Assembly (NCBI RefSeq): GCF_006345805.1
Contig: NC_043015.1
Coordinates: forward strand, 22,258,001 to 22,322,000
Origin: Octopus sinensis
Taxonomy: Eukaryota
Reading direction: 5' to 3'
Length of the DNA stretch: 64,000 nt
Shown: piece after piece, positions 1-12,348 of the stretch
Numbering within the stretch: position 1 is the first letter of the stretch
Layout: each line of letters opens with the position of its first letter
Notes under the pieces: generated by a model
What the model was told of the DNA's origin: nothing
What the model saw: only the letters and a program-made list of their open reading frames with translations
Database searches by the model: none
Made by a program: the position numbers and the translations under genes

Positions 1-1470
1 GGGCACCTATGACAACAGGTATTGTTTTAGTCTTCAGGTTCCACATTTTGCTGATTTCTATTTCAAGATCTTTATATTTGCTCAGTTTTTGGTAGGTCTT
101 GACAGATACGTGTATATCGATTGGGACAGTCATATCAATGAGGAGGCATGTTCTTTATTTGAAGTCTTTCAATATGATGTCTGGCCTATTTGCATCTATG
201 TTTCTGTCAGTTTGAATGGGGAAGTTCCAGAGGAGTGAAATGTGTTTATTTTAAAGCACTAGAGGTGGTTTGTGTTCCCACCAGTTTTTTTCATGGGGCA
301 AATCCAGGTTTTTGCAGATTACCCAGGGAATATATTGTGCAGCTCTATCATGCCTGTTGAGATACTCTGTAGGCGCTAGAAGACTGCACTTGGAGATAAC
401 ATGATCAATGGTTTCATTTTGTTGTTGACATACACGACATGTTGGGTTACTGCCGTTCTTTAATATGTTGGCCTGGTAGTTCCTTGTTGATAGGCATTGA
501 TCTTGAGCTGCTTTGATAAACCCTTCCCTTTCAGATTTTAAGCCAGAGGCCATTAGCCATTGATGGGTCAGGGCTTTGTCAACATCTGCATTATTCGCTC
601 TCTTTGGGTATTTGCCATAGAGAGGTTTTTCTTGCCATTTATCATTCAGAATATCTAAGGCAGCAGTTTTAGCACGGGTTTTCATGCGTTTAGATTTTTC
701 TGTGGTTGTTTATTGTATGTCTAATACCGAAATTTGTTGTATTCGGAATTCACTTAGATATTCCTTTGCCTGTTTTGTTACTGAGTATGATGCTTTCTTG
801 TTTTCATGTTTTGAGACAAGTTTTAACATCCAGCCCTCAGAGATTTTCAGGTAGGTGTCTAGGCCAATTGTAGCAATCTTCATTGTTATTGCCAGTTGTA
901 AAAGTCCACGGCCTCCCTCTTTTCTTGGCAGATAAAGTCGTTCTATATCTGCCTCAGAGTGGTGCATTCTATGCATTGTCAACAGTTTTCGCATTTTTCT
1001 GTCAAGATTACATATTTCAGTAATTGACCAGTTAACGATATTGAAACTGTAAGTCACGACTGGTATGGCTAAAGCATTGATCGCTTCGATCCTGTTTCTC
1101 GCATTCAGCGCTGTCTTGAGTATTGCTCTTACTCTGCGATAACATTCTCTCCTGATCCTTTCCTTCATCACTGAATGCTTTATTCCGTCCCCTTCAATTA
1201 CCTCTAGGTACTTGTAGCTCTCCGCTGGGTCTAATTCTTTTATGACATTCTGCTGGTCAAGGTTAACGTTAGATGTTTCTGTCATTTTTCTTTTGAAAAA
1301 TGTAGCTTTTGCACATTTATCGAGGCTAAATTGCGTTCTGATGTCATCGCTGGATATTTAAACAATCGTTTGTGTTGATGGTCATTTTTGGCAAAGAGCT
1401 TTAAATCATCCACGTAAATGAGATGATTTATATTTTTATCAAACATTTTATATCCGTACTGCGCGATTCA
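1..1470 (-). mobile_element. R4/Dong-clade non-LTR retrotransposon, 5'-truncated and disabled; 3' end runs off the window
   Basis: Minus-strand translation gives RT motif HLIYVDDLKLFAKND (YVDD at 1405-1416), thumb LYLPRKEGGRGL, CCHC finger CRVC..ETIDHVISKC..RHDR, and RLE motif LLWNFPIQTDRNIDANRPDIIL..CLLIDMTVP..KLSKYKDL. Frameshifts and stops are present. Confidence 0.92.
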
Positions 1471-1495
1471 TTGTCACAACACACGAAATTTTTAC

Positions 1496-1552
1496 ATCAC
1501 CAGCATCACCATTATTATTATCATTATTATTATTATTATCATCATCATCATT
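1496..1552. repeat. (CAT)/(TAT)n trinucleotide microsatellite next to the 5' end of the Dong-like copy
   Basis: catcaccagcatcaccattattattatcattattattattattatcatcatcatcatt. Confidence 0.85.
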
Positions 1553-1966
1553 AATTTTATTGTATATTATACATATACGTGTGTGTTTTTATTTATGCAT
1601 GTATGTATGTATCCGTATAAGATTAAAATAGCCATCTGTGTATCATATTTAATGGAGACACACTACAAATAGCTCTGGACCCTATAAGTAGCAGAAAAAT
1701 AGTCGTCCAGAAGCGGTAGCAGAAATGCTGGAAGTGCAGTTCTACCTCCTCGGGACTTGTCTGTAATATGTATTTCTCTAGCAATCTGCAGACAATTTTC
1801 GCAGTCAGTTTGTTTTTGCGTGATGTTTCAGCAGTGACTATGATACACTTATCGCTATTCTAATCTAGTGCATTTTCTTTTACATATTAATAATAGCCGG
1901 ACAGCTACATATAGCACCAGAGAGTTTGCAATAATTTCTTCCTGTAAGAGTAGCAAATGATATTAC

Positions 1967-2023
1967 CTTGCCGTGCGGCTGCTGCTGAAAGAGCGCAGTG
2001 AGGCTCAAATCCGCGTTCAGCAT
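1967..2023 (-). CDS. Possible short first coding exon (MLNADLSLTALFQQQPHGK) of an unknown host gene
   Basis: GC/CpG-rich patch in AT-rich DNA; ATG at 2023, 19 codons, then donor-like CAAG|GTAATA. No homology recognised. Confidence 0.2.
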
Positions 2024-2127
2024 CCACACCGCTGCCGCTGGACAATTCTCGTCTGTTGCTGTTATATTTTATTTGTGTTATAAATACAATGCACTCTTAA
2101 AAGAGGCATTTCGCTTGTATGCAATAA

Positions 2128-2128
<1 letters not shown>

Positions 2129-2181
<53 letters not shown>

Positions 2182-2190
2182 ACACACACA
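2129..2190. repeat. (CA)n microsatellite
   Basis: about 30 CA units. Confidence 0.95.
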
Positions 2191-3414
2191 CGTATGTATA
2201 TATGTTTGTGTGGAGAGAGAGAGAGAGGTGGGTAAAGTGCTAGAAAAACATATAAACTGAGATGTGTGTGTATATATATATACAAATAAATATACGTGTG
2301 TATGAAATCTATGTATCTGCGTGGGGGGGGGCTATGTGTGTCTACGTGTGTGTCTGTGTGTGCTTGTGTATGTGTTTGTGTATGCATATATAGAGACATC
2401 TATCCAAGCACCTATAAATGTAAACACACTCTTGTTTGTACATGTTCGACTTGTTGATTAGATTTATTCTATCGCCCATCACAAAAGATATGTTGGCCAT
2501 TGACATAGCATCATTTGCAGATATTTTATATACCTGGATAAAACGTGTCTATTTTTGAAAGCAATACAGTGTAATTTATGAGGAATTGTTAGTTTTTTCT
2601 AGCAGGTCATGCTACTCTAAAATATTCCCACACCCTGTATTGTCATAAATAACATTATGCTCGAATTATTTTCTCTCTGTTAACATATGATTGCCTATCA
2701 TTTACTTATGAACATGCGTCAGCGCTTTAGGTTGGAAACAATTTGTGGAAAAATTGAAACACTTTCTAATAAGCTTAGTTTGTAGCTCCACTAAACATTG
2801 CTTCACAATTGTTTATAATACCATTACATGTAGGCACGATTACATTTTCATCAATAACATATAGACATGTAAACATTTCCTCCACTCTTCAGATATATTT
2901 TGTTGAACGTCCTGTCATAATTTTAGCAACCAGACACCGAGTAAACAAGTCTTTGTCTATATGAAACAGCCTACAGCAAAGTCTACCTCGATCTGTGGTA
3001 ACGATAACTATACCATCTTCTACAAGGGTTGGATATAATTGAGATGTACGATAAAAAGTGCGGTCTTGTTGGGAATGCTTGGGATGATAGTTGTATGTCG
3101 AAACAACTTATACATCTCGTCACACTGTCGCATGGATAAAAGACTTCTATATTACCATCCTTTGACTTCACATATGTAACCACGCTGGTTTCAGTAATCA
3201 TTGAGATCAGGTCTTCCTAATATTGATCAAAACTTTTGTTTCCTAGTAAACTATGTGTGATTTCACAATAGAAAGGAATGCTGACACAATCGACACCTTA
3301 CGTAGTCATCAACAACTAATAATATATGTACGCATAATATCTCTACTTTGTGAAACAGTTTTAAATATCAGGATACGTTTTATGTGTACATGAATATATG
3401 CATACACACACACA

Positions 3415-3486
3415 CACATATATATATATATGTATATATGTATGTATGTATATATATTTATATATATATATACACACACACATACA

Positions 3487-3554
<68 letters not shown>

Positions 3555-3627
3555 ATTAGGGCTTAGTAAAATAAGAACACTACTTGCTGAAATTGATTAA
3601 TAACTAATTAGTTTTACCCTCAATTAT

Positions 3628-3669
<42 letters not shown>

Positions 3670-3670
3670 C
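3415..3670. repeat. Compound (TA)n microsatellite interrupted by an ~80-bp insert (about 3555-3630)
   Basis: TA runs flank aattagggcttag...ttttaccctcaattattg. Confidence 0.85.
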
Positions 3671-3989
3671 TATATATTTATCATATAGACGTGTGTATAT
3701 ATATAAATTTATGTATAAGTGTGTATGAGTGTGTCTCTGTATGTATGCAGGTATATATCGTATTGTTGATGACATAAGGATTTACAAACTTTAGTGAGAG
3801 CGTGAAATGATACTCAGTCTGAAAAACCTTCCTAAAAACTAAGAGCGAAAACCAGAAAGAAAACCCGATATGCACTGTTCCAAAATGAAATAAAGAAATA
3901 AGTATTCCAAACTTATAAATTCTTATGGCGTCAAAAACGTACGATTCTGTTTGGTTAGTTTAAAGTTTCTAAAGTGGATGGAGATGCTT

Positions 3990-4055
3990 AAATGGCTACT
4001 TTGGCCCAATGGTAGAACATCTGTCATGTTTACAGGAAATGTGGATTGGAATCCC
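3990..4055 (+). pseudogene. Decayed tRNA-like (SINE head) sequence
   Basis: Box A-like TGGCCCAATGG and decayed box B GATTGGAATCC; no intact cloverleaf. Confidence 0.3.
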
Positions 4056-5785
4056 ATGGAAATCTTTCGATTGCGTGTTTCTCTTTTCTATGCAGGAGGA
4101 TTTTTCAAGAAAATATTTACATCCCATTATTTATAGCTGTAAGTGCTTCGAGATCCACTGTCATTGGTGATGGCGTTATTAAGATTCTAATTACATAGAG
4201 CTGATCGAACTGACTTATCATTAAACACGGAACGCCGATGAAGTTATTAATTTATTCACGTACAATCTATTCGTGAAATTAGTAGAATGTATTATATTCG
4301 ATGGATTAGTCGTTACTTTTAGCAAGTCAAGCGACAGCTTGCACATTCCCGTGGATAGTATCATAACGCTAGTATCTGAGCTTCTTGGAGTGTTTTCGTG
4401 TGTGTTTGCAGGCCATTAATGTAGGGATCTTTCCTTTTCGTGTAACATTTAGGTGTTTTCATTCATATTCGATAATGTAGTTTTTACTTCAGATGGAATA
4501 TATATTTCTTAGCTTCCTAACATTAAAGTGTTTAAGATTCACTCCCAGCGATGTAGACTTCACCGCACATCATTCCCGTCGGATCATTTTTTGTTTATCT
4601 TTTTTCAAATAAATGACAACGCACTAAAGAAGTGATAAATATTCAATGTTATTCGGAATGGAATCTTAAATCGTTTTAAAAAAGAGGTTTTAAAACATAT
4701 GCTCATCTATCAATTTTAAATGAGATAATTTTATATTTCTGTGAGTTTGCCACTGATTAAATTTTTTTCAAATATGATATGTTTGAAATAGAGCCATTAT
4801 ATTTTGGCTGCAGGAAATATAGAGCAAGACACTGTGATAGACAATCATATTAAGAAGATTTTGCAGGTGAAATACATAACGTTTAATAATTTTTCTAAGG
4901 GGTTTGCCACACAAACATATGTTCGAAATAATTCTACTTCCTTATACACTTTGTTTTCTACAGTTTCCAGAAATCTGAGCCTTGTGAGTGTTATTGTGTG
5001 GATAAAGACGACTTTTTGAAGCCTTACTGGCTACGCTGAGCCACTTGTTGACTTACTGATCTAATCCACCGCTACAAACTGTCCATTGGTTGTTTGAGTT
5101 AGATTAAAAAAATTTGCAAGCAACCGGATCATTTCATGAGACATGGTATGTAACGATCTTCCTTTTCTTGTACAATACACAATGCCCCCCCCCCCCCATA
5201 CGCTGCCATGCGTGCTGTCGACTCAATGCTATCTAACCCATAAAAATAGACAAATTTTCTTAAGAGGAGGCAATTAACATGTTTTCCTTTAATGAAAATA
5301 TATAGTGATAATGGTACTATCGATATAATTATGAAAGGTGTATTTAGTTGAATCGATTTCAGCATTCGAAAGTAATAATGTATTCATCATTTCTGTTATG
5401 GTGAATTAGCTGCATTAAAGATTTTTCGTCTGGAATCCAATCGAAAATATAAAGAACTAAAATGGTAAACATAAAATCTGACAAGAAACATTTAAATTGC
5501 GATCTCTTATTCAGAACAGGCGGCATTTTTTTTTAGAATACTGCTTAGTTGTGAAACAAATCCACGTGCCTAATTAATTAGTAACAACTTAAACCGACCA
5601 CAAATCATGTACGCAAAGGCTAGAAATGCTAAAAGTACCTGAGATATCTCTCAAATTTAAGCATGGAATTTGCAGGGAATCACACATGGAACCATGTAGC
5701 GGCAGGTCACGATATATGAATTGAATAGAAATGACCTCAAACATGCCGTCATATACATTGCGTGCGCATAAATATTCATGAGTGT

Positions 5786-5802
5786 GTATGTAGTTATATA
5801 TC

Positions 5803-5891
<89 letters not shown>

Positions 5892-5945
5892 TATATGTAT
5901 ATATGTATATATATATATATTATATATATATATATATAATATAAA
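5786..5945. repeat. (TA)n microsatellite
   Basis: long TA run. Confidence 0.95.
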
Positions 5946-6188
5946 ATTAATTAAGGGTAGAAATTGATATTTATCAATTAAGACCAGTGGTCTAGCATAT
6001 TAAAAAAGAATCCGAAGATTAAAATATTTATATATACCAATTAAGGACTGAACACGAAAAGTGGACAGTCAACATGCTAGATATAGACGTCAATCGCCAT
6101 TCACCACAAAAGATTATGTTCTCAGATCAAACTCAACACAAAACCATAGCAATAAACAAGTGAAAAATATACGAAATAAAATAATTAC

Positions 6189-6253
6189 CCATGTACTAAA
6201 TTAGTTTCAGCTGTTATTTTCCGCAAGGAAAACTGCACCCATCATCAGCATGG
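6189..6253 (-). ncRNA. Type-I hammerhead ribozyme motif (mirror copy in left palindrome arm)
   Basis: Reverse complement of 6404-6468. Confidence 0.6.
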
Positions 6254-6403
6254 TCCGTTATAAATGTAATTTGCTGGACTAGATGCAAACACGATACCAA
6301 AATATCGCGTGCATGGAGTTCAAATGTAATAGGCTGAACTCCATGCACGCGATATTTCGGTATCGTGTTTGCATCTAGTCCAGCAAATTACATTTATAAC
6401 GGA

Positions 6404-6468
6404 CCATGCTGATGATGGGTGCAGTTTTCCTTGCGGAAAATAACAGCTGAAACTAATTTAGTACATGG
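6404..6468 (+). ncRNA. Type-I hammerhead ribozyme motif with non-canonical proximal stem II
   Basis: Stem I CCATG/CATGG; CTGATGA 6409-6415; stem II hairpin TTTTCC-TTGC-GGAAAA; GAAA 6449-6452; stem III ACTA-ATT-TAGT; GUA cleavage triplet 6461-6463. Confidence 0.6.
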
Positions 6469-6619
6469 GTAATTATTTTATTTCGTATATTTTTCACTTG
6501 TTTATTGCTATGGTTTTGTGTTGAGTTTGATCTGAGAACATAATCTTTTGTGGTGAATGGCGATTTGACGTCTATATCTAGCATGTTGACTGTCCACTTT
6601 TCGTGTTCAGTCCTTAATT

Positions 6620-6621
<2 letters not shown>

Positions 6622-6704
<83 letters not shown>

Positions 6705-6890
6705 TATACATACATATATATATATATACATATATATATATATTATATATATATATATATGTGTGTGTATGTATATATGCATATGTGTATATATATATAT
6801 GTATGTATGTATATATGTATATATATATGTATGTATATATATATGTATATATGTATATATATATAAATGTGTGCATGTGTATATTAATAT
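6622..6890. repeat. (TA)n/(TATG)n compound microsatellite
   Basis: long TA run with TG/CA interruptions. Confidence 0.95.
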
Positions 6891-7237
6891 ATAAATTATT
6901 TATATTTGACGGATATTTGTCGTCATATTGTTAGCTCAACCTTTCGACTGATATACTCTCCAGCCTTACGGATTTTTTCTCGTAAGAGGTTTTTCACGCT
7001 AGCTACTGATAATTTCATTTAAAGATTTTATCCTCAATTGTTAATTTATATTTTTCACCGGAATAGTTCAATACTGAATTTTTATTCCGAGTAAGCAATT
7101 TTTTACCGAAATGCATTGCGAATAAGCCCGCCATTTTCATAGATATGTAAAGATAAACACTCGTACATGCTACGACGAATTCTACGGATGGCTATCGAGA
7201 TTGTAACGGTATGATTTTTCTTATATATCTTGAGTTT

Positions 7238-7301
7238 GTTGCACTGATGAACATAGAATGCATATTCTGCATTAATTGCGAAATCACACGTGATATGTAA
7301 C
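7238..7301 (+). ncRNA. Type-I hammerhead ribozyme motif (one mismatch at the stem II closing pair)
   Basis: Stem I GTTGCA/TGTAAC; CTGATGA 7244-7250; stem II ACA..AGAAT-GCAT-ATTCT..TGC; GAAA 7280-7283; stem III ATCAC-AC-GTGAT; AUA triplet. Confidence 0.7.
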
Positions 7302-7871
7302 TAATTTTTTTTTTAAATGATTTGCTTTGAAGTTTTGCATTCGGTAAAATTTTGTTTATTTTAGTAGTTTTGACTGCATTGGTCCCTCTTAGCGTGTGGT
7401 ATCTACGAATAGTAGTACCCTCAATATAATATATATATAAATAAATGTTTTATATATAAAGAACGTGAAATACAAGAGGGACAAAGACGGAACACAGACA
7501 AATCATTCGAAGCCTTCAATCTTCAGTCAGACACCGAATCATCATAGCAAATTTCGGCTGTTCAATTCTGATATTTGCTCCAACTCGGCCAGCCCCAAGA
7601 AAAAAAACTAAGCTGTAAGCATTAGATTTCTTGGTAGAAGACAAGAATGTAAACGCACGAGACGGATGTAAATACGAGAGACGAAAACGAAATTGAAAAC
7701 GGTAACGGTTAAACAAAATATAATATAACGGTGGTTGTCATACGACTTTAGACCAAATGAGACAAAACAACAAACATAGCAGCAGGCGTAGAAATAATTA
7801 CCTTTTCGGTAGAGGGGACAAATACAGATGTTGGCGAGATACGATCGCATATATATATATATATATATATA

Positions 7872-7985
7872 ATTAATCAATATAGGGTAGCAAAATATTC
7901 AATAGACTATTTTCTCTTTCTCACTAGACCGCTGGTGGCGAAAAAATTTCCATTGAATTTTTTTGCTACCCTATATTGATTAATT
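7872..7985. repeat. Short inverted repeat (~33-bp arms) at the edge of a PLE-like fragment
   Basis: aattaatcaatatagggtagcaaaatattcaat ... attgaatttttttgctaccctatattgattaatt. Confidence 0.8.
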
Positions 7986-8136
7986 GGTGATTTTCTGACT
8001 AATTCTGAAATTAAATCAGCAGTTTATATTTGCTGCTGATAAGTTTGGCGCGATAATGGTAGTTTTTGAAAATTTTAGGGCAGACATTCCCGGAGCATAG
8101 ATACTACTGCCTCGTGTATGTTTGTCTCTCCTGGCT

Positions 8137-8245
8137 TCTTTACCGATGAGATGTGGCCTTTGGTAGATCGACTTAATTAAATTTAATTTAATTTAATTAG
8201 GCTGGTATGCCATTAAAAACATCGAAACAATGCATTGTCTAAAGA
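8137..8245 (+). ncRNA. Type-I hammerhead ribozyme motif with a core substitution (CCGATGA)
   Basis: Stem I TCTTTA/TAAAGA; CCGATGA 8143-8149; stem II GATG/CATC; GAAA 8224-8227; perfect palindrome ACAATGCATTGT as stem III; GUC triplet. Confidence 0.7.
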
Positions 8246-8835
8246 TGAATAGGGTAAATGTTTTTTTAATTTTCCTTTAATTTCTGAAGTACTATTACTT
8301 GGCGGTTTGAGTCCTGGCTGCTCTTTCTAGTGGGTCGAATGGCCTATTTGAGGCCGTTCCACAATTGTTGTTGAATATATATATATATATAAACATATAT
8401 TTCTCCATTTAGGGATGACTAGGGTAAAATATCAACTTGACATATTTGCCTTGAAATAAGCAGTATGAAAGACATATGATGCATCTCAGGAATCAAAACG
8501 AGAAGAAAAAGAATGACACTATCAAGTATTGAATACATTTATCATTTTTTGCGCTCTGCCGTATTCTCAAGATAGCTCTAATCAATTATTTGCAACTGTA
8601 CTGTAACACATTGTTGCAAAGAGTCCGAAAACCTACAATGTCCAACCGCACGTCGCTGTGATATTCGTTTATATCATTATATATATATATATATGTATAC
8701 AAGAAATATATCAATGTCAATGCAACATTTTCCGAATTCCTAAGAAAGAAAAACACATATTAGGTTAGAGTGATGGCTTATCTTACGTTTTCCAGCTATT
8801 TCCCATCGTTAAGCGCCTAACTGTATCAAATACAT

Positions 8836-9055
8836 TATATTGGTTTCCAACTGTGGCACAGAGCCAGCAATTACGAGGGAACGTATGTCGATTACATCAA
8901 CCCCTAGTAGTCAACTGGTACTTAATTTATCGACCCCAAAATAATGAAAGTCAAGGTTAACCTATGAGGAATATGAACCCAGAATATAAAAACGGACGAA
9001 ATGCTGTGAAGACTTTTTCCCGGCGTGCTAACAATTCTGTCTGTTCTCCGCCTTA
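8836..9055 (-). mobile_element. tRNA-derived SINE (family A), decayed
   Basis: Similar to copies at 36829, 53575, 34350 and 62435 (ctggtacttaatttatcgacccc; cccggcgtgctaac). Confidence 0.8.
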
Positions 9056-10605
9056 TTCCTCTAATTCCTAATACTGAATTTCCTATTCTGGAAGCAAGAA
9101 ATTGTACTTTAATACTTAGAATGTTTCTAAGAAAAGTTATTTAAAGAAACCTTTCCATTTAATTCAACTGATATTTTGTAATATGTCCTCATTTTGTTTA
9201 TGACAACGTCACTGCTAACAAAGCGATGATCCACCAGATCATTAAATAATGGAATACCAGCATTGGCTCTTCTGCTATTTGTCCCTGTCTAGTGATCGTT
9301 TCATAACAATTTTCGGATGTAGAGATTATGTTTTTAACGAAAATTATATTCTGTTTCTAGCAAATGAGTGGAGCCAAAATTTCTCCATCGGGTCGGCTGA
9401 CTTAATACTCGATCCGGTAAATTGCAAGCATTAATCTTCAGCTTTACCATCTGAGATTGCATTTTGACGCATTCCACCGTGTATTTCATACTATGATAGT
9501 TGTTAACGAAACTCACAGAACCTATAGTTGCGTTGATGGAATATACTTGATATTTGAAATGCGTAGTATTGTGCTACTATATCAAATCAGTAATTTCCTT
9601 TCATATTCAGAGTCGTGAAATCTAATGGAAGATGTAAGACAGCAGACAAGATATCTTACCGCAGGTAGTATTATCATACCGGCTTTTGACATCAATAACA
9701 GCATCCATTCAGTTTGCCGTTCATTTCTTCTGTAAATCAATACCAAACCGAAATATACTAATCTCCAAATCTGAAGATTCTGTACACTGATTGGTTATAA
9801 TTAAATTTGCTGAGGATTTTCGTGTTTTCATCAAATGTCTTCATATAATTTTAGAAAATTCATGGACTTCTTTCTGACCTGGAGAATGCAATTACCTCTA
9901 AATGCAGAGTTCCCTTGCAATTTTTCTGTCCCAGTGATTACCTTCGTGACTAATTAATAATATTCTTCTGTTGATATACACACGTGCAAGCATACAAATA
10001 CACATACATAGATACATACATATATGTCTGCCGGCTTCCAAAGAAAAGATATACATTTATACATGTATGTATGTTTGTATGTATATATGCATATCTTTTC
10101 TTTGGAAGCCGGCATCAAATTACGTCATAATTCAATAAACAACTCTCTTGACATTGTCATTGTTAATTTCCAAACAATATATTTTGAAATGTTGCAGAGA
10201 GCAAGCAGTCTCTTCCTTCGATAAACTGTATCTACAACGCATTCCCAAATTCAGTTTTACTAATAATATTAGGAAGCGTAGACTCGAAGTAATTATGAAA
10301 AATGAAAGCATTATAATTTTCGTATTACTTTTACCAAAACATCGAAAGATTGAAACAAATATGGTTAATGATTAGGTATACTAAACAGAAAATGTTTTGT
10401 GGCTAATACAGGTTTATGCATAGTATTTAACACATTGTGTTCCACTGTTTAACATTATATTTAAACGGATAATGATAAGTCTTACAACCAATATACTAAC
10501 AACTACATATTTTCTCACCCTCAAAATATCAGTCAACTGACTTGCATGCAATTGCACGAGCATTCACGTACACACAAATACACGTGCGCGCACATCACAC
10601 ATACA

Positions 10606-10647
<42 letters not shown>

Positions 10648-12348
10648 TGAACACAATATAATACTTTTGCATCTAGAAATAAGAGACCGATAAATGGCCA
10701 ATAAAAATACGTATCAATCTGAAACAGAGAAAAAATATACAATCAACGAAAAGCCTTAACGTTGGTGACCCGACGTCAGCGCAACTCAATAAAAGGAATT
10801 GTTAGAGACAAAAAAAGAAAAACGAATGAATAATTAAATATACATTGCTATGAATACCAGACTTTATAAAATCGGCGGTTTGCGATAAGACGTTGTAATA
10901 TGGCTAAGTAAGAGTTATAACATAATAATATATAATATAATACATGGAATGTAAAAATCTGTTACATTCAAATCGGTTTCTTCTCGCAAGAGGAGAATAA
11001 CCACTAGAGAAGCAATTAACATACAACTTTGCAAGTAACTGACAGCAAATCAATGATCTTGAATTCAATGAAGACTAATCAGTTAATAGATTTACCAATA
11101 TACAACTTCATGCCTTCGTACTACTGTTAGTTTCAGGAAAGGAATGCATACAAGCGATTAATTATTCCTGCTATGTTTAATTCACATTTTATGCAGATTG
11201 GCAAGTCGTCTTACATTTGACAACTTCTGTCTCGTTAAATGTACCGGAGAGTCCATCAGGTTAACACAACTTTCACAACATGGAACACACAAACTCACTC
11301 TGAATCTTCATGTCTCCTGTTAATTATCTCCGTAACTAAGTTATCTTTTCTTACATTATCGGGAAACCGAAAATTAGTGAGGAAGCGATATAATGTATGG
11401 AGCTATATTCAATACGTTTTCGACAAATATATCTTGAGAGATATTTCTCCGATACTGATGAGATCAATTTGAATGTTATAAAAGATAACTGCGTTCTGAA
11501 TCAAGGTAGACAACAGTTAGCATTTTAAATCAATAAGAAATGTGCTCCAACATAACAGTTAGTCCAAAACTTTGGGACATTTATTGTCGATTATAATAAA
11601 ATATATCTTAGTTGGACCTATTTTATCGTTCCGAGAAATTTAAAATGTAGGTTCGTCTTCGACAGTAAATTTCCAATCAGTATCTTATCATTTCTGCTAG
11701 TGAAGTAAATTTAAATCGTCCAACTGGCCCTTCAATATCTTTACCGAACCCCGGCCGGATACAGCCATTTTGGCAAATCTTTAGTCTAAAGGTACCTGGA
11801 TTTAGTGTTTATAGAAATGGCCATGGACATTGTACTTACTCTCAAAAGTAATTAATTAAAAACCATATCATGTGACACGTGGTAGTCACATGCGCTTAAA
11901 AAATTTCGAATTGTTTGAATTAGATTCAAAACACGTCCTGTGTTTCTTTCATCGGTCTTGTTGTTCGCAAAGACATCAAAAGATCTCGAAAACCGGAAGA
12001 ACATAAATGAAAAACGTAAATAGCCTGACTGCCAACACTTTAAATGGAAACACAGCATTAATTCTATTTCCACTAAGGACAAAACAAAGCTTTGTAGAAT
12101 AGTGAATAGGGAAATGCGTGAATATGGCACTTGATCAACTGTTTTGCTAATTTTTTATTGATGAGTCACAGATGTTACCATTGTTTACAGCTTGTAACAT
12201 AAAGTCCACTACATATTTGTATTTAGGTAAGTAATCTAGAGTTTTACATAGTTAAGTACCGTGACCATAATCAGAAGCGTATCTTTCGTAATCTATCAAT
12301 AAACCAATAATGCATAACCTCCGGTCTTTGAACAGTTACTGAGACAAG

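Larger units (their letters stand above)
6029..6629. repeat. ~600-bp near-perfect palindrome (arms 6029-6322 and 6335-6629, 12-nt loop); probable inverted PLE pseudo-LTR pair
   Basis: Arms are reverse complements (catggagttca / tgaactccatg at the centre). I noticed only one substitution and one 1-nt indel. TA runs lie on both sides. Confidence 0.95.

Noticed and set aside
3990-4055. Functional tRNA gene
   Set aside because: Box B is degenerate and there is no acceptor or anticodon stem; at most a SINE-head relic.
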